This document shows positions 39,545 to 50,770 of a DNA stretch of 64,000 nt, piece by piece. The translations under genes were made by a program, and so were the position numbers. Where the stretch lies: the NCBI GenBank assembly GCA_040954595.2, contig CM082589.2, positions 9,622,894 to 9,686,893 on the forward strand, given 5' to 3'. The first letter of the stretch is position 1, and each line of letters starts with the position of its first letter. The stretch comes from Balanoglossus misakiensis (lineage: Eukaryota > Animalia > Hemichordata). The notes below the pieces were generated by a model, which saw only the letters and a program-made list of their open reading frames with translations, had not been told where the DNA came from and did no database searches.

Positions 39545-40836
39545 TCATCCCTCCTTACGGTTGATACCATTTGGCGATAGGGTACCAAACTCAGTAATGA
39601 AGAAGAGTTCTTTTTGACGTCGGGTTTGTGTGTTGGGGCTGAACATTTTGCAGAGGCCACTGGCATGAAAGTGACTGAGGTTGTGACCAGGTTGGTTAAA
39701 ATGTTCTGAGACAGGGGTGGGTTTGTTATTTTTGATGGTGTAGATGTGTTCATATAGGCGTCGTTTGAATTCTCTTTTTGTTTCGCCTATATATTGTTTT
39801 AGGCATTTCTGGCAGGTTATGATGTAGATAAGGTTGCGGGTAGTGCATTTGATGTTCCCAATGACTTTGTGGGTTTTGCCGGTGTGTGTACTTGTGATGG
39901 TGTCTGTTTCTGAAATAAAGGGACATTGGTTGCATTTGCCACATCGTTTGGTGTCGCCAGTAGTGTGATCGATGGGTGTGGTTTTCAGGTTTGCTCTTAC
40001 AAGGATCTTCCTCATGTTGGGGGATTGTTTGTACGCTGTTATTGGTAATTCCTTAATGGCCTTGTTTATTTCTGTGTCATTGGAAATAATGCCCCAGTGT
40101 TTGGTGAGAATGTCGGAAATTTTGGGGAGGACAGGATTGAAGGTGACAACCAAGGGAATTCTTTGGTTGTGTCGTCTGGGGCTCGAGTGGTTGGCGTTGA
40201 TGAGTTGTTTTCTGTCTAGGTTCTTCGCTTTGTTGATGTCATGGTCGATCTTATGTGGATTATAGCCTCTTGCCCTGAAATGCTCTCTCAGATCACTAGT
40301 GGCTTTGTCATATGACTGGTCGCTTGAACAAATGCGGCGGTAACGTAGAGTCTGACTCCAAGTGATCGAACCGAAAACGTGTTTTGGGTGGCAGGAGTTG
40401 TGCCACAGATAAGTGTGTTGGTCTGTGGGTTTGCTGTATATGGTGGTGTGGATTTTGTTATCTTGTATGCTCATAGAAGTATCTAGAAAGGGTACATTAA
40501 CAGAGTTAAATTCCATGGTAAATTTGATGGTGGGGTGAATTTGATTGCAGAATTTGTGGAAGGAGTGAAGATTTTCTACACCATGGGTCCATATGAAACG
40601 GATGTCATCAATGTAGCGTCGCCAGTGTATAGGTTTGTGTTCAGCATTTTGCAGAATCATGTTTTCGATTTTGCCCATGGCGAGGTTTGCATAAGAGGGG
40701 GCGACCTTTGACCCCATGGCCGTACCGTGTGTCTGTAGGAAGTACCTATCTTTAAAAATAAAGAAATTGTGTTCTAAAATAAAGTGTAACATTTCAATCG
40801 TAAGTTGAGGGCTATTTACATTATGGTCAATAAGAT
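39545..40836 (-). CDS. Penelope-like RT C-terminal half plus GIY-YIG endonuclease (5'-truncated, still open; Neptune-like Cys linker)
   Basis: GTAMGSKVAPSYANL, WRRYIDD, PFLD, CGKCNQC linker, LIYIITCQKCLKQYIGET, NGIN. The frame is open upstream of the annotated Met up to the junction. Confidence 0.9.
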
Positions 40837-41949
40837 ATTCTGCAAAATGCTGAACACAAACCTATACACTGGCGACGCTACATTGATGACATCCGTTTCA
40901 TATGGACCCATGGTGTAGAAAATCTTCACTCCTTCCACAAATTCTGCAATCAAATTCACTCCACCATCAAATTTACCATGGAATTTAACTCTGTTAATGT
41001 ACCCTTTCTAGATACTTCTATGAGCATACAAGATAACAAAATCCACACCACCATATACAGCAAACCCACAGACCAACACACTTATCTGTGGCACAACTCC
41101 TGCCACCCAAAACACGTTTTCGGTTCGATCACTTGGAGTCAGACTCTACGTTACCGCCGCATTTGTTCAAGCGACCAGTCATATGACAAAGCCACTAGTG
41201 ATCTGAGAGAGCATTTCAGGGCAAGAGGCTATAATCCACATAAGATCGACCATGACATCAACAAAGCGAAGAACCTAGACAGAAAACAACTCATCAACGC
41301 CAACCACTCGAGCCCCAGACGACACAACCAAAGAATTCCCTTGGTTGTCACCTTCAATCCTGTCCTCCCCAAAATTTCCGACATTCTCACCAAACACTGG
41401 GGCATTATTTCCAATGACACAGAAATAAACAAGGCCATTAAGGAATTACCAATAACAGCGTACAAACAATCCCCCAACATGAGGAAGATCCTTGTAAGAG
41501 CAAACCTGAAAACCACACCCATCGATCACACTACTGGCGACACCAAACGATGTGGCAAATGCAACCAATGTCCCTTTATTTCAGAAACAGACACCATCAC
41601 AAGTACACACACCGGCAAAACCCACAAAGTCATTGGGAACATCAAATGCACTACCCGCAACCTTATCTACATCATAACCTGCCAGAAATGCCTAAAACAA
41701 TATATAGGCGAAACAAAAAGAGAATTCAAACGACGCCTATATGAACACATCTACACCATCAAAAATAACAAACCCACCCCTGTCTCAGAACATTTTAACC
41801 AACCTGGTCACAACCTCAGTCACTTTCATGCCAGTGGCCTCTGCAAAATGTTCAGCCCCAACACACAAACCCGACGTCAAAAAGAACTCTTCTTCATTAC
41901 TGAGTTTGGTACCCTATCGCCAAATGGTATCAACCGTAAGGAGGGATGA
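40837..41949 (+). CDS. Second, more truncated copy of the Penelope RT/GIY-YIG ORF
   Basis: Same sequence from ILQNAEHKPIHWRRYIDD to NRKEG*, with one P-to-S change near 40960. Confidence 0.9.
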   Translation: MLQNAEHKPIHWRRYIDDIRFIWTHGVENLHSFHKFCNQIHSTIKFTMEFNSVNVPFLDTSMSIQDNKIHTTIYSKPTDQHTYLWHNSCHPKHVFGSITWSQTLRYRRICSSDQSYDKATSDLREHFRARGYNPHKIDHDINKAKNLDRKQLINANHSSPRRHNQRIPLVVTFNPVLPKISDILTKHWGIISNDTEINKAIKELPITAYKQSPNMRKILVRANLKTTPIDHTTGDTKRCGKCNQCPFISETDTITSTHTGKTHKVIGNIKCTTRNLIYIITCQKCLKQYIGETKREFKRRLYEHIYTIKNNKPTPVSEHFNQPGHNLSHFHASGLCKMFSPNTQTRRQKELFFITEFGTLSPNGINRKEG

Positions 41950-42297
41950 TGCCTCCATACCATGTTCCCTCCATTAAATTCTTATCTCACCTGGGGGGTC
42001 TACATTTGATCTTTCTGCCCCACACTAGGGAGTCAGTTTCCAACACCATCACTATACTTCTCGATACGCTGCAACTTCGTATCAAGGTTGGTTTCTCTCT
42101 ATATTCTACACATATATAGTGATTTTATTCCCATGAAATGTACAACTTTTGTCATTACCATTCATTTTTAACCTCTAGTCACACAGAGACGCCTTTTATT
42201 GTAATGCCAATTTTGTTAATTTTCTGAAATTTACTGCTTTTTACCACATACCTATTTTAACCGATTCCTATCGTGTTTTATTTGTTTCCATTAGTAT

Positions 42298-42337
42298 ACC
42301 CTGAAGAAGGCAGTCTGTGTACTGCCGAAACGTTGGT
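42298..42337 (+). ncRNA. Minimal type I hammerhead ribozyme in the Penelope 3' region (pLTR)
   Basis: ACC-CUGAAGA-A-GGCAGU-cugugu-ACUGCC-GAAA-CGUU-GGU: conserved core boxes, 6-bp stem II, ACC/GGU stem I, self-complementary AACGUU in place of stem III. AATAAA follows. Confidence 0.78.
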
Positions 42338-42684
42338 TTTAAATAAAGATCATTCAGAAGACAGGAACTGCGGTCGAGCATATTTTATATTTTACACTCT
42401 GTACTACGTCCGATGTGCTCCCACCTTCCGCTGAAAACTTCGATAGTTGTAGTTGGACTGACTTTCCTACCTATCCAATTTATTTACCCTATAGAGCTAT
42501 GGCTGCCAAGAATCTAAAAGATCAGTTATTTCCTTTCCAAAATGAAACCCATAATTCAGTTAGCGTACATAAAATAAATGAGTCAAACTGCAGGTTGTAT
42601 ATCAATTGTCTTGAAGGTGCTGATGTATTTTCACCACTTAATACCGCCAGGGAGCTAACTAATATATTTTCAGATGACACAGCG

Positions 42685-43770
42685 AAAAATAGCGTCAAGG
42701 ACACTGTGGTCCCATTTGAGGATTATGTAGAAACAGTGACACACCAGAATAAAAATTACAGGTGACATTGCAAGCAGATATGATCTTACGATATAGAAAT
42801 ATGGAATGTAAAAACATTAACAAGGAACATGCCCAAAAATTGACCAAAAATTGTCTGTACAAACACATATGAGAAGCAACTTCTTTCAGTCAGCCCTGGA
42901 ACAGACAGACAGACAGACACACACACACACACACACACACACACTGACCTGCCACTGGTAATTAAAAATTTAATAGCCCATGGTCTCTCTGACAGCTGGC
43001 TTATTGAAGTTATGTAAACATGTCTAAGTTGGGGGTAACGACTCCTTGTAAACAGTAACTTTCAAAACAACTGGATAATTGGTTAAGGAGAAGATTTGCT
43101 AACCAAAAACAAAGAAACTTTCATAAAAACTCGCTAAATATTGAATATTTCTGATATCAGAATTGAATAAAAGTTGCACATATACATGTATGTGTTATGA
43201 AATTATATCCCAAATTTCAAAGCAATCAGAGAAAAAACAAATTTCAAAGCAATCAACAAGCAGTTTCACAAAAGATATTTGTTCAAAAGTGGCAAAAACA
43301 CAAAATTGTACAATACCTTACCTCAATCACTACAAGGAACATGCTGCCAAAGTTCTATGCAATATGACAAACAGTTTCAGGAAAACAATTTTTGACAAAA
43401 ATTGCAAAAGTTTCCCCGATAACACATTTATGAAAATATCACATTTTTTACAACATATTACTTGACTTACACCTACGAACATGCCTACCAAATTGCAAAG
43501 CAATCTGGCATGCGGTTTTAAAGAAAAATAAATTGACCAAAAATGGCAAATATTGCTCAAAATTATAAATATGCAAATTTTGCAACAATTTGAACAAAAC
43601 TATGGTTACTCAGACAACCATTAGGAAGCTTCATGCTAAATTTCAAAGAAGTAAGCCCATCACTTTCAGAAATGAAGACTTTTTACTAATAACATGGAAA
43701 AATACAAAAAAATGCATAAAAAATAGGTAATCAATAATATTAGCTCAAAACATACATCAATTGTAAGCCA
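42685..43770 (+). mobile_element. Unclassified interspersed repeat (AAAATAGCGTCAAGGACAC family) with a (CAGA)n(CA)n tract at 42901-42944
   Basis: The same terminus recurs inverted at ~46883-46915 and as a stub at ~48016-48033. It interrupts the Academ ORF. Right boundary approximate. Confidence 0.6.
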
Positions 43771-45359
43771 AACAAGAGAAAACTAGTGAACTTCTTGTCA
43801 GCCACATCTTTAAAAATAATTGTGCCGGCTCTGCAAGGTGATCAGGTCCTCATTACAGCAGGTGGCTTTGATGGAGAAAATAGGGACAAGAATCTTTTCG
43901 TTGGTAGTAATGGAATTGTGTCTGAGTGGGAAGCCAAAAGTTGTCATGAAGAAGCTGACAGTAGATGCATCCTTCATGCAGTTCAGTCCTCTTACAAGAA
44001 AGGTGTTATTTACTCCCCTGATACCGATACTTATCATGTTCTCCTCCCAGTACTATATCAACATGTTCAAAAGGAGATATTTGTACAACTTGATAATGAT
44101 TTATCAAATCTCACTTATTTAGACATGAATCAATTCAAATCAGATTTAAATTTAGACCCTGATTTGCAACATATTCCCCTCCAATATTTAGGCAAAATAT
44201 TTCAAACACTGTTCATATGCACAGGTTGTGACTATACTTTGCAGGCATTGGAAGGAAATCTTTCTACAAGACATTTTTTCAATACTCTGAATTTATAACT
44301 AGTGGCACCCTTATACCTGGAACACTGATAGACACAACAGTAGACAGTGTAGGGAATGGAATTTTCGCTTTCATACGTTTAAAAGGTAGTGTTTATGTTA
44401 AGAAACATTTCCAAGCATTTGATGCATCTCATCCTTTTGAACTTTATCGACAAGTAGCCAGTGTCACTAACAGTCTTAAAGATAACCACATCAAATGGCT
44501 TACATATATACGAGAAACAATTTGCCCACGTATCCAGTATGAGGAAGAATGTATCCCTTCCTTTGAAGCCCTACAACTGCACTGGAAAAGATCATGCTGG
44601 GTCTCTCAGTTATGGTCCCAGGCCGATCAGTGCCATGTTACGTTTCCCTTATTCAATAATTATGGATACAGACTAAGCAACGGCGAACTTGATATTATTT
44701 AGGACAGTGATGCCAATTTAGAAAAAGTGAAAAATAATTTGGAGTTGCTAACAAAAGGGTGTGGCTGCAAAAAGATGCCAACTTGTAATAGCAGATGTTG
44801 TAAATGTTATAAGACCCACAATGGTTGTGGCCCTGCGTGTCGATGTAATGACTGCAGTAATCCACATAATGGGAATCCTGGATTCTGTACCACATCGAAA
44901 AAGTATGGGGTATGCCCAAAATATACAGATAAGTCACCACTATTAGAATCACCATCACCAATCACTGATACTGAACATCATAATATGGAAAATAGCATTG
45001 ATGCAATTTTACAGGAGTCACATGAATTTGACATTTTAAGAGAAGAAGAGGGAAATATTTACGAGACTGATTCTGACTTTGACGAACTGACTGATGAATA
45101 TAACTGGACGGAAGAAAAACAAACTGATTATTCAAAGAATGGTGATTGTGATTCCAATGATGGTGACTGTGATGACATTTAATGAATCATCAAAGAAATT
45201 GATTTGGTCTTTTGGGGGTTGCAGCCCTGTTGTGGTTTCAGTCATACCTTTTCAATCGCACCCAGTGTGTATGTGTTAATTTCAGACATGGTTACTATAA
45301 CCGTGTTCCAAACAATCACCATTTTATCCGCTTGACACTGCGGTAACACAACGATCACT

Positions 45360-46040
45360 TCTTTGTCCTCTACTTTTTAATATGTACACTTCTCCATTAG
45401 GGAAATTAGTTTCTAGTCATGGATGCCTGTATATAGCTTTTATGCAGATGGCTCTTCATTGTCTTTTACCAACGAGAATGCTCCCAGAATGCTTTATGCG
45501 GTACTGGATGTCTGAAAATGTCTTGTGTTTAAATAACGATAAGACTGAATTTGTTATTTTTTCTGCTACTTCGGGTAATCTATCTGCCAGAGGGATTACA
45601 GAAATTCATGTGATGCTCTGAAACCTGTTCATTGTCTGACAATGATTGCACAGATCTGCCATTCAGTCGCTTTTCATTTGCAGCATATTGCACTTGTCTG
45701 TAAATATTTATCTCAAGCCGCCACAGAGCAATAAAGTTCCTGCTTTTGTTGCATTTCGAATAGATTTGTGTAATTCACTTTTATTTGGGCTCCCTAAGTA
45801 CGAGATCAGTCGTATTCAAGTTCAAAATATTGCTGCTAGTTCCAAAATCACCTTTTACATCAATGCAATTTCAGTTGCATTGGTTACCTGTGTCTGATCG
45901 TATTGTTTTCAAGATGTTATTTCTTATTTTTGAATTCATTCATAGACTTGGACCATCATATCTGTCTGATATGATCAAATTATATGTTCCAAATCGAAAC
46001 TTGAAGTCAGCTGATCAGCTCAAACTCTGTCATGTTCAGC
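45360..46040 (+). mobile_element. Degenerate L2/CR1-group LINE ORF2 3' fragment
   Basis: PLLFNMYTSPLG, WMSENVLCLNNDKTEF, RIDLCNSLLFGLP, LHWLPVSDRIVFK..GPSYLSDMI..RNLKS across several frameshifts. Confidence 0.8.
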
Positions 46041-47007
46041 CCAATGCAATGATGACAACAAAAGTCAAAACAAAATTGCTTGCCTTCAGACACAAATATT
46101 TATTGCACATATCATCAGCGAATAAAGGGAAATGGTTTCGAAGTTACAGTTGGCATTTTGCATATTCGAAACATCTACTTATATCCCAGGCCATGATACG
46201 GAGAAAAAAAAATACACCAGCTGTGCTCCTCACACGTACGTAGTCATGTATGGTAAACCTGGCATTCTGTCCATATGGGACCTACATTTGTAGGCGATTG
46301 ATCGATGTTGTGTCGAAATCAGGCCAGTAATTAAGTTAAAACTTGGCTAATATGTTACCTTAGGGTGTTATCCATTATCCAGTAACTGTTTTACTTAAGA
46401 ATTGCCTTTCAAAGACTGTTTCCCCATGGTAAACTTATCGTTTCACGATCAATGCAACACTTCCTGTTACGCAAGCATTTCAAATTAATTTCTTTTCACG
46501 GATGTTGGGACCGATATTAGACCTCTCTATCAGGAAAGTTTGGTTACTTTCTGAGGTCGTTTTCAAATGATTTTTGACACGTTTGTGGACGTCTCTTTCG
46601 GGGTCACCAACATACCACCGAAAACACGTTAAAAACTTTTACTATTACCACAGATTTTCATAAAATTTACGTATGCAGTGAAAAATGGGAATCACTTTCG
46701 TAATTTATCCAGCTAACATGGTATTTTATTGCACAACAGAGCGTAAAAATCAAGTTGAAAATCACCTTGAAAACTGGCCTATTGCCGTCTGTTTGAAAGT
46801 TAACGGTCGCTCGCTTGATGAACTTTCATATGCAAATGAGCACCGTGCGATCTGACTGTGTATATGTACTCCGTGTAGACTGAATGGGACCACTGTGTCC
46901 TTGACGCAATTTTTTACACTTATCAGGTATATGTTGACTAACACAAGCCAAAATATCACCAACTCATCTGAGAAATCTTATCCCAGGTCCTAAGGTTGTG
47001 AGATTAA

Positions 47008-47406
47008 TAGAATCTCACACTCCCAAGGACTAGGGGTCATAATTCTGACATGAGTTGGGGATTTTATGTCCCACACAAGCCGCAGGCGAGTGTGGGACAA
47101 AATATCCCTGACGAGTGTGGGAAATATGATCATAGGTCCTTTGTGTATGAGATTATATTTCTCACACGGGCACAAATTAGCTAAATTCGTCTTAAAACAT
47201 TGAATAAATGACTCTTGAATTGTCATCTGGCATGTAGTTTCTTTATCGTGTCATTGGATAACATTTAGCGCACGTTATTAAAAAACGCTTTGTCATCCAA
47301 TCGGCGCTCGCGTCATATACAGCTTTCGATTCAGTGAGTGTGTGGGATTGATTTGTTCTCACACTCTGATCCCACACTCTCAGCATGCCAGGAGTGTGAG
47401 AATCTA
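47008..47406. mobile_element. TIR element flanked by TTAA, unclassified
   Basis: TTAA|TAGAATCTCACACTCC...GGAGTGTGAGAATCTA|TTAA. Internal palindrome TGTCCCACAC..GTGTGGGACA. Confidence 0.65.
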
Positions 47407-47727
47407 TTAAGATCTACGAGTTTGAAATCTTAGGTGAAGATTTTATCAATTTCACTGCCAACCATGTAGGGCATACTGGGATATGTGTACATGCCAAAGC
47501 ACAAACAGTTATGACCTGACAGCTCAGTTTGTAGATCATTTCTACAAATCCACAAAGAAACTCAAAGTTTAGAAAAGTCAGGCCTGTTAGAAATATTATA
47601 AATATCACTGTTAATACTAATTTCAAAGCCATGTGAATTTGTTCACTTTATGGAAATTTTTAAAGGAAGGGAGGATTGGTATTGACTTGAATAATTACAA
47701 CGGATGTTTTTTTCTCTCTATTTTCAG

Positions 47728-47847
47728 ATGTGAATGAGTGTTCAGATTCTGTTTGTGCTGGAGGTTTTCTCAATGCAGAGGGTGGATTCAGCTGTAGTTG
47801 TGGTGATGATGGTTTCTCTCTGAGTGCAGAGCATGTCAATTGTTTAG
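47728..47847 (+). pseudogene. Calcium-binding EGF exon 3 (third Cys changed to Phe)
   Basis: ttcag|...|gtaagt, 120 nt. (D)VNECSDSVCAGGFLNAEGGFSCSCGDDGFSLSAEHVNCL. Confidence 0.85.
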
Positions 47848-49706
47848 GTAAGTTTTTTTTGAGTGGGGAGGGGATAGGTCAACAATGGATTTGCATTTCC
47901 TGCTTCAAAAGGGCGCTTACAGAAGTTGTAAGTGACAGACTTTACAGTCAGTCACCATGTTAAAACAGAAAATAATTAAAAGTTATCAGGCACTTTCCAT
48001 AGTTAGAAATTTAAAAAAATAGCGTCAAGGACACCTGGTGCTCTCTCAGTGTGTAGTGGCTGATGAGCAGCATGTTTGGAGAACAGTGGTTTGGTATATG
48101 GGTGAAAGGAACAATTTGCAAACACCAAGGTGAAATGCTGAACTGTTTTGCTCATGTAATATTGAATGAAGCTTGATAAGGTGGGTGCTTGGCAGAGGGA
48201 AAAACCACTTGTCAATGGCTCTAATAACTGTTTTAAATTTAGTCTTAAAATGGCCCGCACACACAAATGGCCTCACACAAATATATTCTGTCATTTCCCT
48301 CTCAGATTTTGTATCTTATGTTATACTGATGGAATTCATTGTGTATTGTCGTATCAAATTGCACCAGTGCAAGCTATGAGAAATGTGTTTTGAAAAAAAA
48401 ACAGTGCAAGTAGAAGCACTAGTCTAAACGTGAAAGAAATATATTTTGAAAAAAAATATCAGACAGCATTCAAGATCAGCTTAAGTGTTTTGATAAAAAG
48501 TTCTCCATTTTCAAGTATATAGGTAATGTCATGTGCTGACTATAGTAGTGTAGGTGTTAGCAAAAAAATACATGAATTGTTCAAACAGAAAGTTCAATCA
48601 TTTAGTTTCCCCAGTTTATGGGAGCATAGCAGTTGTGAACATAGTATATGAAATAATTTTAAAAAGTCATTGCTCTCTGGTCCATCATTTTCGGTAGAAG
48701 TGACCTGATTTCACATCAATAGTTTCCCACCTGTCATTTCCAGCTAATTTCATGTAGAACAAAACTCTTATACAACATAATGACATTTCTAGAACTTATT
48801 TTTGCTGGTTGGGCCCACAGACTAACACTAGTCGTTCTAAAAAGAAACTTCCATAACAACCTGTACGCTTGACGCGTTCAAGTCAAGGCACACCTAACCA
48901 ATTCAAAATATGCAAATTAGAAAAAGACACATATGCATTATTTGTGTCCCCAGAGACACACACAGGAAATCAAGCGAGTGCGGCCACTAGCTGGAAGAGC
49001 TGAATTCAATGTATTGCCTTACAATGTTCATGATACAGGGGGGGGGGGGGGGGTGATGATCAATGAACAGAACAGCGGTCCAATTTCACGCATTGTAGTG
49101 CACTGATCGTGGCAAGTTGATCATGGCAAAACAAATGACGATGTTAGATAGCAGTTCTTCACAAGTTTGACCAATTTGTATGAAAATCGTCTCGCCAAAC
49201 ACAACTGTTTTCTCGCGGGTAGTGAAAACACTGCTGGCTAATCCGTTCCGATTTCTGTCACTGTTCCAATTCTTCCTCAACACCTCAAAGCTACACACCA
49301 CCGCCAAAAACATAAAGCTACACACCCCTACTAGAAAATGGTATGAATTCTTGACGGACGGAAGTAGTTTGACAGACGGAAGTAGTAGCTCATACCCAAC
49401 TTGACAGACTCCTCTGTTTACACTTCGGAGCCAAAACAATGAGTTTGTTGTCTTATGCATGATATTTTTGGCTTTCAAACACTACCTTGTTAAATGTTAT
49501 TTGGTTACTACATTGTTTGTTTATCAGTATTCAGTACTGGTACAGATAAACATATGATATGACCAAGTTGTATGCCAGATGATATTTATTAAGTTTCACA
49601 CAATTTTGCTCTCTTGTCGTATATTTTCAAATGTCCACTCAAAGACAACTGTAATTCACATGTATTCATTCTAATACATTTTATGATATTTGTGTTTTCC
49701 CTGCAG

Positions 49707-49816
49707 ATGACAATGAGTGCGATCAAGCTGGTTGGTCACCATGCCAACGAGTATGTTACAACACACCAACCAGTTACCAGTGTGGTTGCAGACCAGGATT
49801 CAACATACATGCGTTG
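49707..49816 (+). pseudogene. Calcium-binding EGF exon 4 with a frameshifting deletion near its 3' end
   Basis: tgcag|...|gtgagt, 110 nt. (D)DNECDQAGWSPCQRVCYNTPTSYQCGCRPGF; the last Cys (QHTCV) is in another frame. Confidence 0.85.
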
Positions 49817-49957
49817 GTGAGTATCTACAATTTGGAGAGAAAGTAAGATGTATGGGTTTGTACTTAGTGTCTTATACATGTATATGTGACACTGAAATCA
49901 TATATTGTACAATCAGTCATTGGTAAATGTCGGCTATTCATGACACAAATCAACATA

Positions 49958-50142
49958 CAGTCAAACCTGTTTGAGTGGCCACCTCTATTAGGCAGCCACC
50001 TCTATATAGTGGCCACTTTATTCTAGTCCCTGTGCAATTTACATCTACATTAATTGACTTTCTACAAGGTATAATGGCCACTTATCTATAAAGGCCAGTT
50101 TAGAAAAGTCCCTTCACTAGCCATAATGAGCAGGTTTGACTG
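49958..50142. mobile_element. Tc1/mariner-like MITE
   Basis: CAGTCAAACCTG...CAGGTTTGACTG TIR; internal similarity to 29710-30042. Confidence 0.75.
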
Positions 50143-50600
50143 CTGTTGTGTTGATTTCTGTCTTTTTTACGTGTAACACAATCATGACATTTTTCATAAA
50201 GAGGGCAGCCTTCCAAAATAAAGTGTCATCTCAATGCAGACAATGTGAAAAAGGCGGTCAGTAGAGTACTGCTCGAGCTCATCTAGTTTGTTGTATACAT
50301 GATACAAGTTGCGTGTAAAACTGACCTTACAATAAAATGTGGCTGTCGAACATAAGTCCCAACTATAGTGTTGATACACAAGACAATCAAGTTTTTACTT
50401 TGTGACCAACTGGCCTCATGTTTGCATCTTGGAAGGGTAACATGACTGCATAGCAATGTTTTATTAAAATTTGGTACATAGAGAAATGGACTACTGTGAC
50501 AGTATTGACTCTGGGAACTATGTAGATGATGCCCAGCCTAAAATACTGACTCTCTGCAATTATATTTTTTAGCATTTTTGTTCAATTGCACTTTCAAGTA

Positions 50601-50770
50601 CAGTCAAACCTGTCTAACACCAAAGGGACTGAAGAAATTGTTCAGATTGCAGGTGTACAATTTAAAGAGGTTCTTTCAACATGTGGTTCTATGTCAAAAG
50701 GTTTGAACAATGTCTTTGAAATAGACAGGTTTCCAGATTAGACAGGGTTCGGTTGAGACAGGTTTTACTG
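50601..50770. mobile_element. Tc1/mariner-like MITE
   Basis: TA|CAGTCAAACCTGTCT...AGACAGGTTTTACTG|TA. Confidence 0.75.

Larger units (their letters stand above)
39095..42475. mobile_element. Penelope-like retroelement insertion: two 5'-truncated copies in inverted, divergent orientation
   Basis: 39094-40657 is the reverse complement of 40837-42400 (1564 bp, two mismatches seen). TSD CAATTTATTT(A) at 39084-39094 and 42476-42486. Removing it restores IAIYL-PYRAMAAKNL. Confidence 0.95.
32720..45182 (+). pseudogene. Academ polyprotein pseudogene: transposase, OTU-like domain, XPG/FEN1-like nuclease, Cys-rich finger, acidic tail
   Basis: Collinear fragments: SIDNID..FHGTS (~33943), VGDGKT and GDWH (36808-36906), RSGNWNLR..FHAYDR..VALDEAHEMCVNKD (38797-39033), HEEADSRCILHA..SPDTD..TGCDY..FAGIGRK (43945-44258), HWKRSCW (~44580), CGCKKMPTCNSRCCKC..CGPACRCNDCSN (~44760-44861). 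Several stops and frameshifts. Confidence 0.85.
32489..46858 (+). mobile_element. Academ DNA transposon (AcademX type), both ends present, decayed and multiply interrupted
   Basis: 32-bp TIR CAGTCAGATCGCACGGT(A/G)CTCATT(AA/TG)CATATG at 32489-32520 and inverted at 46827-46858 (3 mismatches). TGTA flanks both sides (32485-88, 46859-62). CA..TG termini. The internal ORF has transposase, XPG-like nuclease and Cys-rich finger in that order. Confidence 0.85.

Noticed and set aside
39517-41977. Small mirrored ORFs (64, 78, 97 aa) as real genes
   Set aside because: They are alternate-frame or antisense translations of the Penelope ORF, duplicated by the palindrome.
32720-45182. Host FEN1/XPG, tesmin/LIN54 or OTU genes, or a viral insertion
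   Set aside because: The domains are collinear in one apparently intronless frame between TIRs with a TSD. No capsid, polymerase or packaging ATPase motifs seen.
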